DNA from: Alloascoidea hylecoeti
Taxonomy: Eukaryota
Length of the DNA stretch: 64,000 nucleotides
Direction: 5' to 3'
Assembly: GCA_001600815.1 (NCBI GenBank)
Contig: BCKZ01000014.1
Coordinates: forward strand, 248,001 to 312,000
The notes beneath the pieces are model-generated. The model saw only the letters and a program-made list of their open reading frames with translations. It did no database searches and was not told where the DNA came from. A program made the position numbers and the translations under genes. The first letter of the stretch is position 1. Each line of letters opens with the position of its first letter. Shown here piece by piece: positions 13,982 through 27,212 of the stretch.

Positions 13982-14342
13982 AGGTATTGGGATCAATATC
14001 AAGATCTAGAACTCTATCAGGACGTGATTCAAGTTCACGATCCATTATTCCAATCAAAGCAAAAAAAACATCGGAATCGTCAATATCCCGCTCAAGATCA
14101 AGATCTCGTTGAATATCTCGATCTCCAACCAGGTGTCTATCAGGTCCAATCATGAATCAGGAAATAAGGATTAGTAATACATCATATACTATCATCTTAT
14201 CCTTTATTTTATTAAATACATTTGAGGATCAGGGATTGTTTTTGAAAGCACCCTACATTTCTGTGCTTAAAAAAGTATGTCACACGTGACTGAGGATTGG
14301 ATATAAATAGATGTAAGGATGTAGGAATCTATTTCCGAAACA

Positions 14343-15952
14343 ATGACTTATTCATTTGCCAGTAACATAATGATTCAAGATGTCAATTTTATAAATGCAA
14401 TTTCAGAATGGGTATAAATATAATATCTGTATTTAATCAAAGGTTTATATTTATTAACACACACATGGCCAATATCTTTTTATAGATTAGCAACATTCCA
14501 TATCCATCCTTTAAACAAATTATAACAAATGATATATCTTCATTTTCATCAATGATTTTATTCTTACGAGAAGTTATATATGATGGATCTTATAATTCAA
14601 ATTTAAATGATACGGAAGCACGTATTGATTCAAATTCCGCTCTACTTTTATATTCTATATTATTATTGTTTATTTTAGCATGTCAAAATGATCGATATCC
14701 CAAAACTAATGATTTGAATTTACATGAGTTTAAAAATAATGGAAGAATTCCGATGAGGTTTAGAAAAGGAATGAGATGTTTATTAAAATTACCTTTACTT
14801 GATAGAATGAAGATTAAAGAACTATTGATGGTATATACCAATTACAATTCATAAAACTCAATTGCCCCAATTAATTTTCAAAATTAACAATATAATATCA
14901 ATAGTCTTTGCAAACAAATTTACAAAATAATTCAATCACTACGGATGGAATCAACATCAATGGTATTTTAAATAATAATACCGATCATGAGAGATATATG
15001 GAATATCATTCAAATTTAGGGTATACAAGACAATTGAGATGGTTATTACTTGTATGTCTCTTTTTTAACATTAAAATAAAGAAATCAAGGCTTGAGATTA
15101 TTAGTAACATATAATATACCATTTAGAAACAACCTACTAGAATGAATAATGAAGCATACCAATTATTGAATGAACAAGAAACGGAAATGTACATCACAAA
15201 CTTTGATATATATCTATAATATCGTTCACTAACCTTTTTTTTCTCTTTTATTCATTGTTAGTTCGACCATCTGTGATTCAATCCGGACCTTGGACCTAAA
15301 GGTCGAAGTGAAAAATCGATTATTCAGCCTCTTAAACAAGAAAACTGTAGAGATATCTTCTGACTATGATCAACTCAAAACATATTATAAAGGTTTGCAA
15401 TTGTTTATTAGAAGATTGGATCAATTATTTGAATTATATCAAAGTACTATTCATATCCCATTTCCAATTTTGAAAACCGATAATGATATAATTGACAGTA
15501 GCAATGTTGTTAACCCTTTTGGAAGGATTAATAATAAGAGTATGGAGCATTTGAAATCGGATGATATATCACCATTGACTGCCTATTCTGATGAAGATAT
15601 GTTTGATAACAAGAGTATAACAACTGAATCCTCTGGAACTCCAACCAGTATAACAGCAGCGGAGTCAAGATCAAGGATTAATGATTGTATTATTCAAATG
15701 AATGAAAAATCAATTATTGTAAATGAAAAAGAAAATGAAACAACTAAAATTCATATTAAAGATAAATTAATAAATTATGATAATCTTGAAGTGTTCATCA
15801 AGGAACAAAAATCATTATTGAGTTTCACACAAACAAGAAACAATTGGAGTAAAGAGGAAATTAAAGCTGTTTCGAAAGAATTGTCATTATTTAAATGTGC
15901 TGTGGGTAGAATGGTTTGGGAAAGAGAAAAAGCTGTGAATCTGCAGAATTAA
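14343..15952 (+). CDS. Orphan protein A, five exons (14343-14411, 14486-14830, 14905-15051, 15127-15188, 15262-15952); possible Hook/CH-like N-terminus plus coiled coil
   Basis: Four GT..AG introns with branch-like motifs (phases 0,0,0,2) join the ORF-track fragments into one open frame. Confidence 0.7.
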
Positions 15953-16018
15953 TAATTACATAACATAACATTACATAAATATTCACTTCTTCTGTTTATT
16001 TCATTTCTTATAATTAAC

Positions 16019-17484
16019 ATGTCTTCCAACATGGAGTATCTATCCGTGATACTTCGCTGGGTATGTATAACATCTTCTACCATAATAACACTACTATTAT
16101 TAATTAATCGTATAGCTTCATTTATTTGGCCATTCCGATCTATCATCCATCGAAACCTCATCGGATCTACAATCACCATCAACGATTCTTCTAATCTTTA
16201 GAGAACTTTTCAACATCAATCCAAATCGCGCTTTCTTAGATACAAAGTTAGATAAACAAATGGATCCAGATATCTCATCTTTATTCTATACAATGATGAT
16301 TTGTTACTTGGCTCTTTCTTCAAATTCTACTGAAAACAATACAAACATATATACTATTTATGAAATGAAATGCCAACAAATTATGTCGTTTATACAGTTT
16401 TTAAACTATGATGATCAATTTAAAATATATAATAATATTGCAGTATGCTATATATAGAAAGTATAATGATTATGATTTATGAACTAATTATACAATTCAA
16501 ACATAGACTTTTAGAACTCGACTACAAGAAATTTCAATTGATCAAATTTTACAAATTAATTCATTTTCAATGTCAAATAGTTTGAATTTAGAAAGATTAT
16601 TAACTTCGCGTTCAAATTCAAATTTAAATTCAGTTTGGGATTCTGCTATTATATTTGTGTGTTTATTTCAATCGATCAACTTTACAAAAAATTACAATTC
16701 TAACTAATTATATTCCTCTTTGTTTTAGATCAATGATATTAAATTTGTTTACAATGATGATAAACAACATAATGAAATGCTTAAAATCAAATCAAAATAT
16801 AATGAAAATAAATCAAAAATGTATTTATCTACAAAACTATATTGAAATTTCTTTACCAAATTGCAACGTTAAACTAACTATAACATAATTAATACCATTC
16901 ATTTTAGTAAAAAATTAAAGATCCATTTACAAAAAACTGAAAATTTATTAAATAAAATTGATAATGATATACATATCATTGATAATACCTTTAAAACCAA
17001 ACAATTACAAATTTCAAATACCAATGAAGATATTATTAATATAGAATCTGTTATTTCAAAAAGTATGGAATCATGTTCTTTAATTGCCGTTCAAACTAAT
17101 CAAGAACAAGAAGAATCATCAACAAAAATAAATGATGATGATGATATAAAAGATAATAATACGTTTTATGATTTATCTAATTTTGAGGATGAAATAAAGG
17201 CTGTGTATAATGATTGTTTAATTAATCCACGATCCTATTATAATTATAACTATGATGCCAATTGCAATCACAATATTAATGCTGTGCCTCTTTTTCATAA
17301 CAGCAATAACAATAACAATAAAGTTAAGATGAAGAAATCAATTACAATTACAGATACAAATAATGATTATAATAATTCAAATTATATAAATAATGGAAAT
17401 CATTTTGAATCAATGATGTTTGAACTCTCTCAATATAAATATGCTTTTTTAAAAATGATGAAAGATAAAGATTTAAAAAGCTAA
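16019..17484 (+). CDS. Orphan protein B, five exons (16019-16060, 16116-16442, 16507-16656, 16729-16820, 16908-17484); paralog of protein A
   Basis: Four GT..AG introns (phases 0,0,0,2) give one open frame. The N-terminus aligns by eye with protein A. Confidence 0.7.
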
Positions 17485-17790
17485 AGTTTTTAAGTAAGCT
17501 AATAGCTTTTTGCTAATATTACGTGCTGATAAATTATAAATTATAATTGGTATTATTAATACATACGATTGCAATTGTATAAGGTGAATATATATTTTAT
17601 ATAAAATTCAAATTCATATGTTTATAAGTATATGTGATTTAAAATACTAGAAGATTTCAATTGAAAGATATTAATCGGCTATTGCGGGATCAAAATAAAT
17701 CATGACCCCGGACGATGATTTGTATAAATGGAAAATCATTTTTGATTTCATTATGGCTTAAAAAAAGGTGAAATTGACTCATGATCAGGT

Positions 17791-18249
17791 TTAGAATAAG
17801 GCATCGAGTGTACAACAAATACATAGAGTGGCGCAGCAAGCAGCTAAACAACCATCTGCTCCACCGCTGGATTTTGTTTGCTGTTGGACGTAAACTGGCT
17901 GTTGTTGTTGACCGTAGCCTTGTTGTTGGCCGTACCCCTGCTGGCCGTAGCCTTGTTGGCCATACCCCTGTTGTGGCGGGTAGCCCTGTTGATAGTCTTG
18001 TTGAGGGTAGCCTTGTTGTGGATAACCCTGCTGAGGGTAGCTTTGCTGCTGCTGATATCCACCTTGATTGTAACTCTGATCGTATTGCTGTTTCTGCTGA
18101 TAATCTCCTTGTGGTTGTGCAGGAGGACTGTAGAAGTCATTCTGGACACCTCGAGAAGATTCTTCGTGAGAAGGTGGAGGGCCATTAGGGGCAGAGAATC
18201 CTGGAGGAGGGCCTTCTGGTGGGGCGTGGTCAAATTTCTTATCGCTCAT
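17791..18249 (-). CDS. CYSTM (cysteine-rich transmembrane module) protein with a P/Q/G/Y-rich N-terminus
   Basis: The likely start is MSDKK at 18249. QQGY repeats are followed by [26 protein letters not shown]. Confidence 0.88.
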   Translation of the reverse strand: MSDKKFDHAPPEGPPPGFSAPNGPPPSHEESSRGVQNDFYSPPAQPQGDYQQKQQYDQSYNQGGYQQQQSYPQQGYPQQGYPQQDYQQGYPPQQGYGQQGYGQQGYGQQQGYGQQQQPVYVQQQTKSSGGADGCLAACCATLCICCTLDALF

Positions 18250-18417
18250 TGTGTGAAATGTTGGAAGAGAAGGAAAAATGAAGATGCAATTGATTTTAAA
18301 TTTATAAGGCTGTGTTATGCAGGGAAATATCCTGATTTTATTCACAATTGGTATGTATTGCAAATCATAATATTCTATTATATGTTATAAATTATATTAT
18401 ATTATTATAAATTAAGT

Positions 18418-20050
18418 CTAATCTTTATGGAAAACCCACGAATCATCAGAAATTCTTCCTCTTAAACTTGGAACTTCTGATCCTTTAACATAAACATCTT
18501 CAAATAAAATTTCAAGACTTGCATCTGGTGGAGCAGAAGCTTCAGCTGCTTCAACTTCTTTTTCAACATAAGCTCTTGCTGCTTTATCAGTTTTTTTCAA
18601 CTCTTCTTCAGTTGCAATACCCAATTCAATTAATTTACTCTTTAATCCGGATAATGGATCATTTCTTGATCTCATATGTTGAATCTCTTCACGAGTTCTA
18701 TATGTTGTACCTGGATCAGACATTGAATGTCCACCATATCTATAAGTTTCATATTCTAATACTAACGGTCCTTTACCAGAAACTGTCCAATCTTTTGCAA
18801 ATTTAGCAGCTTGATAGGTTGCTAAAATATCCATACCATTACATTTTAATCCAGGAATATAATGTCCACGTTTATAATAATCTGTCATTGCTGATGATCT
18901 ATTTGCTGCTGTACCCATACCATATTTATTATTTTCACAAACATAAACAACTGGTAAATTCCATAATTTAGCCATATTATAAGATTCAAAAACTTGTCCT
19001 TGATTAGAAGCACCATCACCATATAAATTAAATGTAGCAGCTTCCTCTCCTTTATATTTATGAGCAAATGCTAATCCTGTACCTAATGGAACTTGGGCCC
19101 CAACAATACCATTACCACCATAAAATCCATCTGTGAACATATGCATTGATCCACCTTTACCAAATGTTATTCCATTTCTTTTCCCCATTAATTCTCCAAT
19201 GATGGATTGAATACTAGCACCACGCATATACGCAAATCCATGACAACGATATGATGTAATGACTGTATCTTTTTTACCAATTGCATGTTCAATACCAACT
19301 GCAATTGCTTCTTGACCAATTGATAAATGACAGAAACCTCTAATCTTTTTGGCTTTATAAAGGGCATCTGCTGCCATTTCCATACGTCTTTAAATTGATT
19401 GTTAAATAAGCTAATTAAATTAGAAATTTTTGGAATAAAAAAATATACATACCTAACAGTAGTCATATCTTCATATAGTTTAAGTAATTTGCCCTTTGTT
19501 GTTTCATAAGTAAGTGATGGTGGTTCTAATTCAAACCCATCGAAACTTGTTGCAGGTAATTCAATTGTAACAAACTATACCAAAAATAAAAAAACAATTA
19601 GTTCAAGATCTCAATAAATTACAAGAAAGAATGCTTTCTTATATTATCAGCCGTTATGAAAATAGATTATAATTAGTATTTTGTATTGGTGGTGTCTTGT
19701 TTAAAATTATGTTTAATTTTAAATGGACAAGGAACTCGTTCCGTTTATAATCTCCGTGTTAAACAAGGAACAAGACCAATATCAATATAAAACCATCATC
19801 ATTAATTATAATCATCATGAATAATAGCAATTCCTTTTCCAAAAGTGTAAAAATTAAACATCGCACAAAACATAAAATAAATCTCAATCATCTCCTTAGC
19901 CATTTCCGATTTTTTTAAAAGCCGATAAATTTCACTTACTTCATCATCATTCTTTGTAGTTGCCATTGATCTAGTAGCCATCAATGGCTTACTTAAAACA
20001 ACAGGCTTAATGCTTTTACAAACAGCCGAGGATGTTAATGTTCGTAACAT
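18418..20050 (-). CDS. PDA1: Pyruvate dehydrogenase E1 alpha; exons 20050-19940, 19574-19453, 19387-18418
   Basis: [45 protein letters not shown] and a mitochondrial presequence. Introns of 365 and 65 nt keep the frame. Confidence 0.96.
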
Positions 20051-20429
20051 TTTTTTGAATTTTTATAAATTTTTATAATGATAAAAAAGTTCAATTATAA
20101 AAACAGAACAAGGAATTATTTTTGGTGTTGTAAATAGCAAAAACCGTTATGGAAAAGCCGGGTAAAACAGAGTCATATTATAATATTGGCACATTTGAAG
20201 TATGAATATAATGGTATAATTGGAGAATTTAATTAGCAATGATAGATTGTAAAAGCCTACCAGTACTTCGTTGGATAGCGGTTTTATATTAACAGGATCA
20301 CTTATATTAGTACCATAGGTTTTGAACTATGAACGCATGTTAATATAATTTGTTATTTCAACCACACGAAGTTTACAATAGTAATCAAGCTTCTGCTTAA
20401 TGTCTTCATATATAGTACATAGTACATAT

Positions 20430-20658
20430 TGTAGGAGCTATCTTCATCTTTGTATTCCAATGTTTTGATTAACTCAATATCTAGTGATATATCATTAACA
20501 ACGATTTAATACACATGATTCTCTCATCTCAAGATCTCTTATATTCAATTTTAATAAGAAGTTAAAAGGATGATGGTCGAGAAATCCACGTCTTAAGATT
20601 ATTATCTAAGGTTTCACATCTACCCGGGTTAAAACACCTGAAACTTCCGGAGTGGTCT
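20430..20658. repeat. Dispersed ~200-bp repeat, copy 2 (possible solo LTR remnant)
   Basis: Homologous to 4762-4966 in the same orientation. Confidence 0.75.
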
Positions 20659-21984
20659 TGTAATTACTATAGTGATGAAAAGGATGTTCCGGTTGTTCTA
20701 AAGCACGGTCAGTTGCTTTTAGTAGTTATAGTTTCAGCCCTTAACTTCTGGTATATTTTAGTGAAATCCTTTTTTGAGGCCGGTGATGGGTGGAATTTGT
20801 AATGTGTTAGGTATCCGAATAAATCGTTTTCTCTACTGATTACATTAAGTCATATATCATCTATTGTTGCATGATAATGATAGAAGGTTAGATAACAATG
20901 TTCTATAGCTAGAGGTTATCATCACGATTTCAAAGTTAGTGAAAACTAGAAGCTTCAATTAACAACATAATTTCAACAAGTGGTATAGAGTAGAGCTGTT
21001 TCTTTCTTTTAATAAATCTCCTAATCCTAAATTATATTCAGCAATAAACACTTTCTTATTTGACTACCATTTGTCTTAATTTAGAGAGTTTTGCTTTCTT
21101 TTAATAACTCTCTGATATCGCCGAATCATTATATAAGTCATCTATATATATTGGAAGATTATTTGTGTGTTCTGCTTGTCATTTACGTTGTTAACTCTTA
21201 AGCTTATCATTAAAAAGACAAATATCAGTTAGCCCATTTGAAATTAAGTTTTAAACCATAATTAGTACATAATCCGCATTAATAAAATTGGTAAAGTGTT
21301 TCCGAGGGTTGCTACAATGTGTTTTCAGGATATTTGGCTAAATAGTTGAATATAATTTACAAAATATATCTTAATTAAGGCACAACTTAATTATCGGTAA
21401 ACACATAAAGATTTATAGTCAGATGACACACATCAGAACACAATCGATATAATTTATATAAATGTTAAGAAAATTTCAGTCATCGGAAAGAGGCACTAGG
21501 AGAAAACCGAGGATGACTAAAGCAATATCTAGAACTAGGACTAGGATTTGGCCACTCTAGTTCTTAACTTCTTAAGCTTACTCTTGTAAATATATTTTTG
21601 ACAGCGAAAATTTACATTTACACTCTGGCGATGAATTCTCAAAGATTTTACTACAGCGCTATATTTTCCTTATTTTACTAATAACTTGTTTCTATATTAA
21701 CGAAACATTTTCATACAAACTGCAAAAATAACTGGAAACACTGTACTAGAATTACAATCTATAATTATAAATATTTAATAAACCATTATAAAACTTTGGC
21801 CATATATGTTCAAGTTTAGTTAAAAATAATCATGAACCAAAGATTCATCAATAGAGAATTATCGAATTAAAGCAAACATAAATATTAATGCTAATTTTAA
21901 CGAATGTAAAGCAAATGGGATACATAAATAGCTATTTCCAGCATATATACCTAACTTTTATAAATTATCTGAGGTCGCAGTATT

Positions 21985-23739
21985 CTAAGCCCATAAAATT
22001 CTATATATCCTATAGTAAAATGGTTTCGATCGAACATAAGCTTTATCCTCTTCTGCCTCTTGCTTTAGAGTATCAAGATCAAATTCTTTTCTACCAGTGT
22101 CAAGATCAATGTCTCTGGCAGGAATAAATAATTTCCAGTTTCTGGTACAAGCTTTATGTCCAATATAGCAAATGGCAGCAAAAGGAACTGTCAAATAGGC
22201 TTGGAAAAAAACTGTTGGGTCTGGACTACCTCCTATTGGGTACAATGCAATCCAAAATTGGGCAATCAAAATTAAGACATCAATAAGTATTGAATAATAA
22301 GCTCCCCAGATACCTGTATGAGCAGTGAAAGCCAAGTCATCGGTACCTCTTCCTTGTGCTTTGAGAGCAACTCTGAATCGAATATGACAGACACTGATTG
22401 ACATCCATGTGAAAATACCAGTTAAACCTGTAATTGACATCAACCAAGCAAAAACTTGACTTTCCTTCGATGAAGCTGTAACAAAACAAAGTAATCCCAC
22501 AGTAAAAGATACAATCATACCAGCTAAAGGTCTTCCTTTTCTATCAATATATCCTAAAATACTAGGAGCCATCTTAAGATCAGCCATACCTTGTAATGTT
22601 CGGGAACAAGCATAGACAGCAGAATTAGCAACTGAAACGACAGCAATCATGATAACAACATTGATAACTGATGGTAAACCTTTGATACCAGCATTAACAA
22701 TAGCTAATACAAATGGGGAAGCAGAAGCATCAGAAGTTGAAGATAATAATCTTTTTTCGTTATAAGGAACAAGGAAACCAACTAAAATTAATGATGTAAT
22801 AAAGAAGAAGATAATACGCCAGAAAACTTGTTTGCAAGCTGCAGGTAGGGTCTTTCTTGGATTATTTGTTTCGGCAGCTGTAATTCCAACCAATTCAGTA
22901 CCATTGAAAGAAAATGAAGCAGTAACAAAGACAGAACAGACACCTTTAAACCCATGTGCCAAACAACCTGGATCATGCCAGTATTTTGCACCAATGTAAC
23001 CACCTTGGGGACCTCCACCGCAGATCAACACTATTCCAAGAATAAAGAAACCGAGAAGAGTTATCACCTTTATTAGCGAGAATATAAACTCAGCTTCACC
23101 AAATCCTCTAGCACCAAAAAGATTGATACCCACAATTAGCACGTAAAAAATCGATACGAAAGCAACTGAATTAATGTTGTCGTTCCAATAATTGATGGTA
23201 ATCGAAGCTGCAATCAGTTCCATGGGTAACACAATAAGCCACTGCAGAGAATATACCATACCCATTGCAAAACCCCAAGATGAGTCTATGAACTTGGTAC
23301 ATTGCGTAGGGAAACCACCTGGTATAGGATATGCAACAAACACCTCACCTAAAGAATGAACAGTACAAAATAGCAAACTTCCAACAAGACCGAAACCAAT
23401 TATTAAACCTAATGGACCACCAGTTCTAAGTGCTGATCCTGAACCGACAAATAAACCTGTTCCAATACAACTACCAATGGCGATCATTTGAATGTGCCTA
23501 TTTTTTAATGATTTGTTCAATGGAGCATTTGCTGTCATCAGCATTTGTTTTTCAGCATCGGACATATTTGGGTCAAGAGCCTCAGTATCAGCTTTCTTGA
23601 AAGAATCTTTAAAAGACTGCCATTTACTTATACTAGTGTTATCTGTGTAGACATTATAAGCATTGTGTGATTTTGAGCTACTATCGTCTCCAGATGATTT
23701 TTTCTGGAGAGATTCTTCTTTGTTTGTAAGATCAGACAT
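21985..23739 (-). CDS. Yeast amino-acid permease (YAT family, Gap1/Agp1-like)
   Basis: LKNRHIQMIAIGSCIGTGLFVGSG, GFGEAEF, about 12 TM helices and DIDLDTGR near the C-terminus. Confidence 0.93.
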   Translation of the reverse strand: MSDLTNKEESLQKKSSGDDSSSKSHNAYNVYTDNTSISKWQSFKDSFKKADTEALDPNMSDAEKQMLMTANAPLNKSLKNRHIQMIAIGSCIGTGLFVGSGSALRTGGPLGLIIGFGLVGSLLFCTVHSLGEVFVAYPIPGGFPTQCTKFIDSSWGFAMGMVYSLQWLIVLPMELIAASITINYWNDNINSVAFVSIFYVLIVGINLFGARGFGEAEFIFSLIKVITLLGFFILGIVLICGGGPQGGYIGAKYWHDPGCLAHGFKGVCSVFVTASFSFNGTELVGITAAETNNPRKTLPAACKQVFWRIIFFFITSLILVGFLVPYNEKRLLSSTSDASASPFVLAIVNAGIKGLPSVINVVIMIAVVSVANSAVYACSRTLQGMADLKMAPSILGYIDRKGRPLAGMIVSFTVGLLCFVTASSKESQVFAWLMSITGLTGIFTWMSISVCHIRFRVALKAQGRGTDDLAFTAHTGIWGAYYSILIDVLILIAQFWIALYPIGGSPDPTVFFQAYLTVPFAAICYIGHKACTRNWKLFIPARDIDLDTGRKEFDLDTLKQEAEEDKAYVRSKPFYYRIYRILWA

Positions 23740-26044
23740 TAATAGCTAATATTTGTCGTCTGAAGTTGCAAACTAAATTTAAAGGAAGGTTAGGTGTTAT
23801 AAAGTGATGGGAATTGAGGACAAAGTCTTATTAAGAATGTGCAATAATTTGTCAGAAGCGAAATGTGATTATTTATATAAGAATCTTTATGCCAAATACG
23901 CAAGAAAAATGTATAGAACCATCTAAAATTAAAAATAATCTTCTGCATATATATATTTACAGCTTTAGCCTTATCCATGAAACAATTGGATAGAAAACAT
24001 AGGCTACATCTATATAAGATTATAATTAACAACAGAATTTGAAAGTTAAACTCTCCGGAAAAACATGGTTGCTGTACCCAATTACAAAATTATATTATAC
24101 AGGTACAGGTACAGAGTCTTCAGAGATCACCAAAATTTACAGACTCTCTTAAGCTTGTAACTATTGTCACAAACTGAATTGGTGAAAATTAACTTTGAAT
24201 TGAGAGAATGCTCAAAATTTTGATCTTTAAATTTAATGATAGATTTATGCTTGAACAAATAACAGGTTATAAATGATCATGACCATATATTTGGTGCATC
24301 ATTGTCGTAAAAAGAGGCCGGAACCGGAAAGTTTAATCCTTAACTAATTATTGCAAAAAAGGGTATTCAAATATAATGAAATGTGTCGGGAAAAGCAGAG
24401 GTGAAAAAATAGGTTGTCACATTTTAGTCAATTAAAATATTGTACATTGTGTGCTTATTATGTACCTCTATAGCGCGCCGCACCCTTGAGTGACATAATA
24501 TAGCTGCATCGCACAATGAGGACCCTCGCCGTTTTAACGGTAATGCAGGCACTCACTGAACTTCCGCGGCCAAGGGGAGATGAGGCTTGAAAATTCTGTC
24601 AATGCGACCTTCGCCGTCCTTATAATTACTCTAAATTATGTTGCTACTTAACTATTATCCACATACGCCTTTTATAAACCCACTGCCATAGCCATATACA
24701 TCCTAAAGATTCCTAATTATATGCAATCTTTTAGGTATATCATAAGATTTTCCAACATAATAGGCATGATGCCACGAATTAAAGCGGTAATCATGCTGCC
24801 TATATCGCTGTAGTGATTACTTCCTGAACCCTCATGATACGAAGTAGATCTAGATATACAAAATAATATGAATTATTCTCTAGCAAACAAGACCCTGATT
24901 GTGAGTATGTGTCATCTGTTTTTGCGAGACTGGCAAATCGCTTTTACAATTGCAAAAATCTTGCAAAACATTTAGTTAACGAATGTCCACCAATAAAATT
25001 TTATTATGTAACCCCAAATCAAGTTTTCAAAAGACCGCCGATATTTTCAAATATGCAAACAAATATTTTCTGAATCAGCAAAATACTTTTTCTAGAACTA
25101 CACAAAAAAAAAAATGAATCCCCAAAAAACACTTAAAATACTTATTTTAAATCCAAAAATAATAGCGGAGATACTTATAGTTTCATACATATGCATCAAA
25201 TTTAAACCTGAGTTGAAACAAATTAAAATTATACTATTCAATGAAGAGAGTCAAGACCCAAGTGACACACTAGCGCTGACATAAATTTATATTATTGGGG
25301 AAAATATTTGAAAATTTCAATTGGAAATTTGCAATATGATCGATTTATAGATTCGATACCTTTCAAATATAATTATAGTTGACTGTATTATTTTGGATTA
25401 CAATTTACAATCGAGTAATATAAATGTTTTAATTGAACATGCTATTTAATTATGTTATTATTTTAGAATTAGATCACCTATCTCTAAATTCTAATATATT
25501 TGCAAGTAGGTATCCGTGCGAGTTAAAGTTAATTAATTCAATTAAAATTGTAGTAAAAAAGTTAGTAACCTTGGTTCTATAGCTAAGTTCTAATATGAAA
25601 CATTACAAGCATACTAATTGTAAACAGAGGAAATATCTATATCAGCTATTAGATATTTATAGACTGTTAGATTTAATCCGTATTAATTAAATGTGTCAAC
25701 TTTTAATTTTGTAATCCACTGCTATGACAGACATGTAATGCAGATGTTTTGGATACACCCACCTCGTTATAAAGCCTTTCGAATTCTATATTTAACTCAA
25801 TTGATTAGAATTGAATCTTATATACATTTTGTCATATAGTAATGTATACCCTTTTAATTTTTGAATTTATAATTATAATCTCTGTCAGTAAGTACTAATA
25901 AGTAGTCACGACTATATATTGGTTGTGGGGTATAGATCTAGATATTTTACACTTAGTTAGTTTCTAATCGTAACTCTAATCTATTTATAATTAATGAATC
26001 CCGATAGTATTACTTTACTACTTATACAAGTATGTATATATGAC

Positions 26045-26845
26045 TTAAATCAAACTTGACTTACCTTGGTCCTCGTCTTTTAAACCAGATGTACCCAGAA
26101 TATCATCAATAATATTTTTATGCTTATTTCCAGAGTCTTTAACCATAACATGAATATGACCAATTTCCTTAATACTTTGCAAAGGAGCGGTGTTCCTGAA
26201 CCATAACAGAGAGTCTCTTGGAATCCCAATCTTTTTTACGAACAATTCATTGAGGAAATTGTTGAATTTGTCATAACCGTCTGGTGTAATTTCATCCAAC
26301 TCTTGATCAATAGGGATAGGACATTTGAACCAAATTACTAAATGCCTAATGCCTACTTCAACATAATAAGGAAAGTCATTTTCAAGGATCTTGATGTCTT
26401 TGTAAGACCCCATAAAATTGGGTTTGAAAGGGGATACCTTTATTGGTGTTCCAATGACATGAGTTGGAGGAAGCCAACCAAGCTTCTCGATTACAACATA
26501 TCTGAAAGTACTTCCATACTGCTCTTTCACCATCTCTTTCCATTTACAATAAGTATAGAGGACGTCCGGTGAACGGTAGAGCTTTTCAATTGATTTATCC
26601 GCTTTAACCGTTACATGTTAGAGATCCGGACAAAAAGATCATAAAATAGAAGGGAAAAATCAAAACTTACAGATAATACTTTTCAAATACTCCCACGATA
26701 TGGGATCAACATCTTTTTGTAACAATAAATGTCTGGAGCGTGGTGAAACACAAGTCATATCCAATTCTCTCTTTGGAGCTTGAAGAGATGCTGAAGATGT
26801 TAGTGTTCCAGTAGATATCGCTGCAGTTGAACCGTCCATTTTCAT
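26045..26845 (-). CDS. DUF3605 / HIT-like protein (YPL067C/Gig1-like); intron 26670-26602
   Basis: ISWEYLKSII, LYRSP, KILENDFPYY..GIRHLVIW and WFRNTAPLQSIKEIGHIHV. A GTAAGT..AAG intron restores the frame. Confidence 0.85.
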
Positions 26846-27212
26846 ATGCTAATTATAATAATATCTAGAGCTTAACACTTATACACTCAATCACAGTAAA
26901 TAAATTTAAATCAATGGGGAAAATATAGAGGGAAAATGTTGTAAACAGATTGTAAGCGGTAATTGATTTATAATAACAATAAAAATAATAAAAAATTGCA
27001 AGTTTAATATATATTTAGATAACATTAATCTTCCGATGTAACCCTAAATATTGAAATGTAACATCCAAAAAAAAAAAATTATCCGTGGCCATATCTATCC
27101 ACGTGATATGATACCTAGCTTTCGGACAAACTTACCCGGCCCGTTGCTCTTTCTATTACCGATTGGCATCCTCCGAGCTTTTTCATATTATTATCTCCAT
27201 TCCAGTCCTAGT

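Noticed and set aside
17781..18390. Long alternative-frame ORFs over the CYSTM gene, and similar shadow ORFs over UPF3, SPT8 and PDI1
   Set aside because: They are antisense or off-frame shadows of low-complexity coding sequence.
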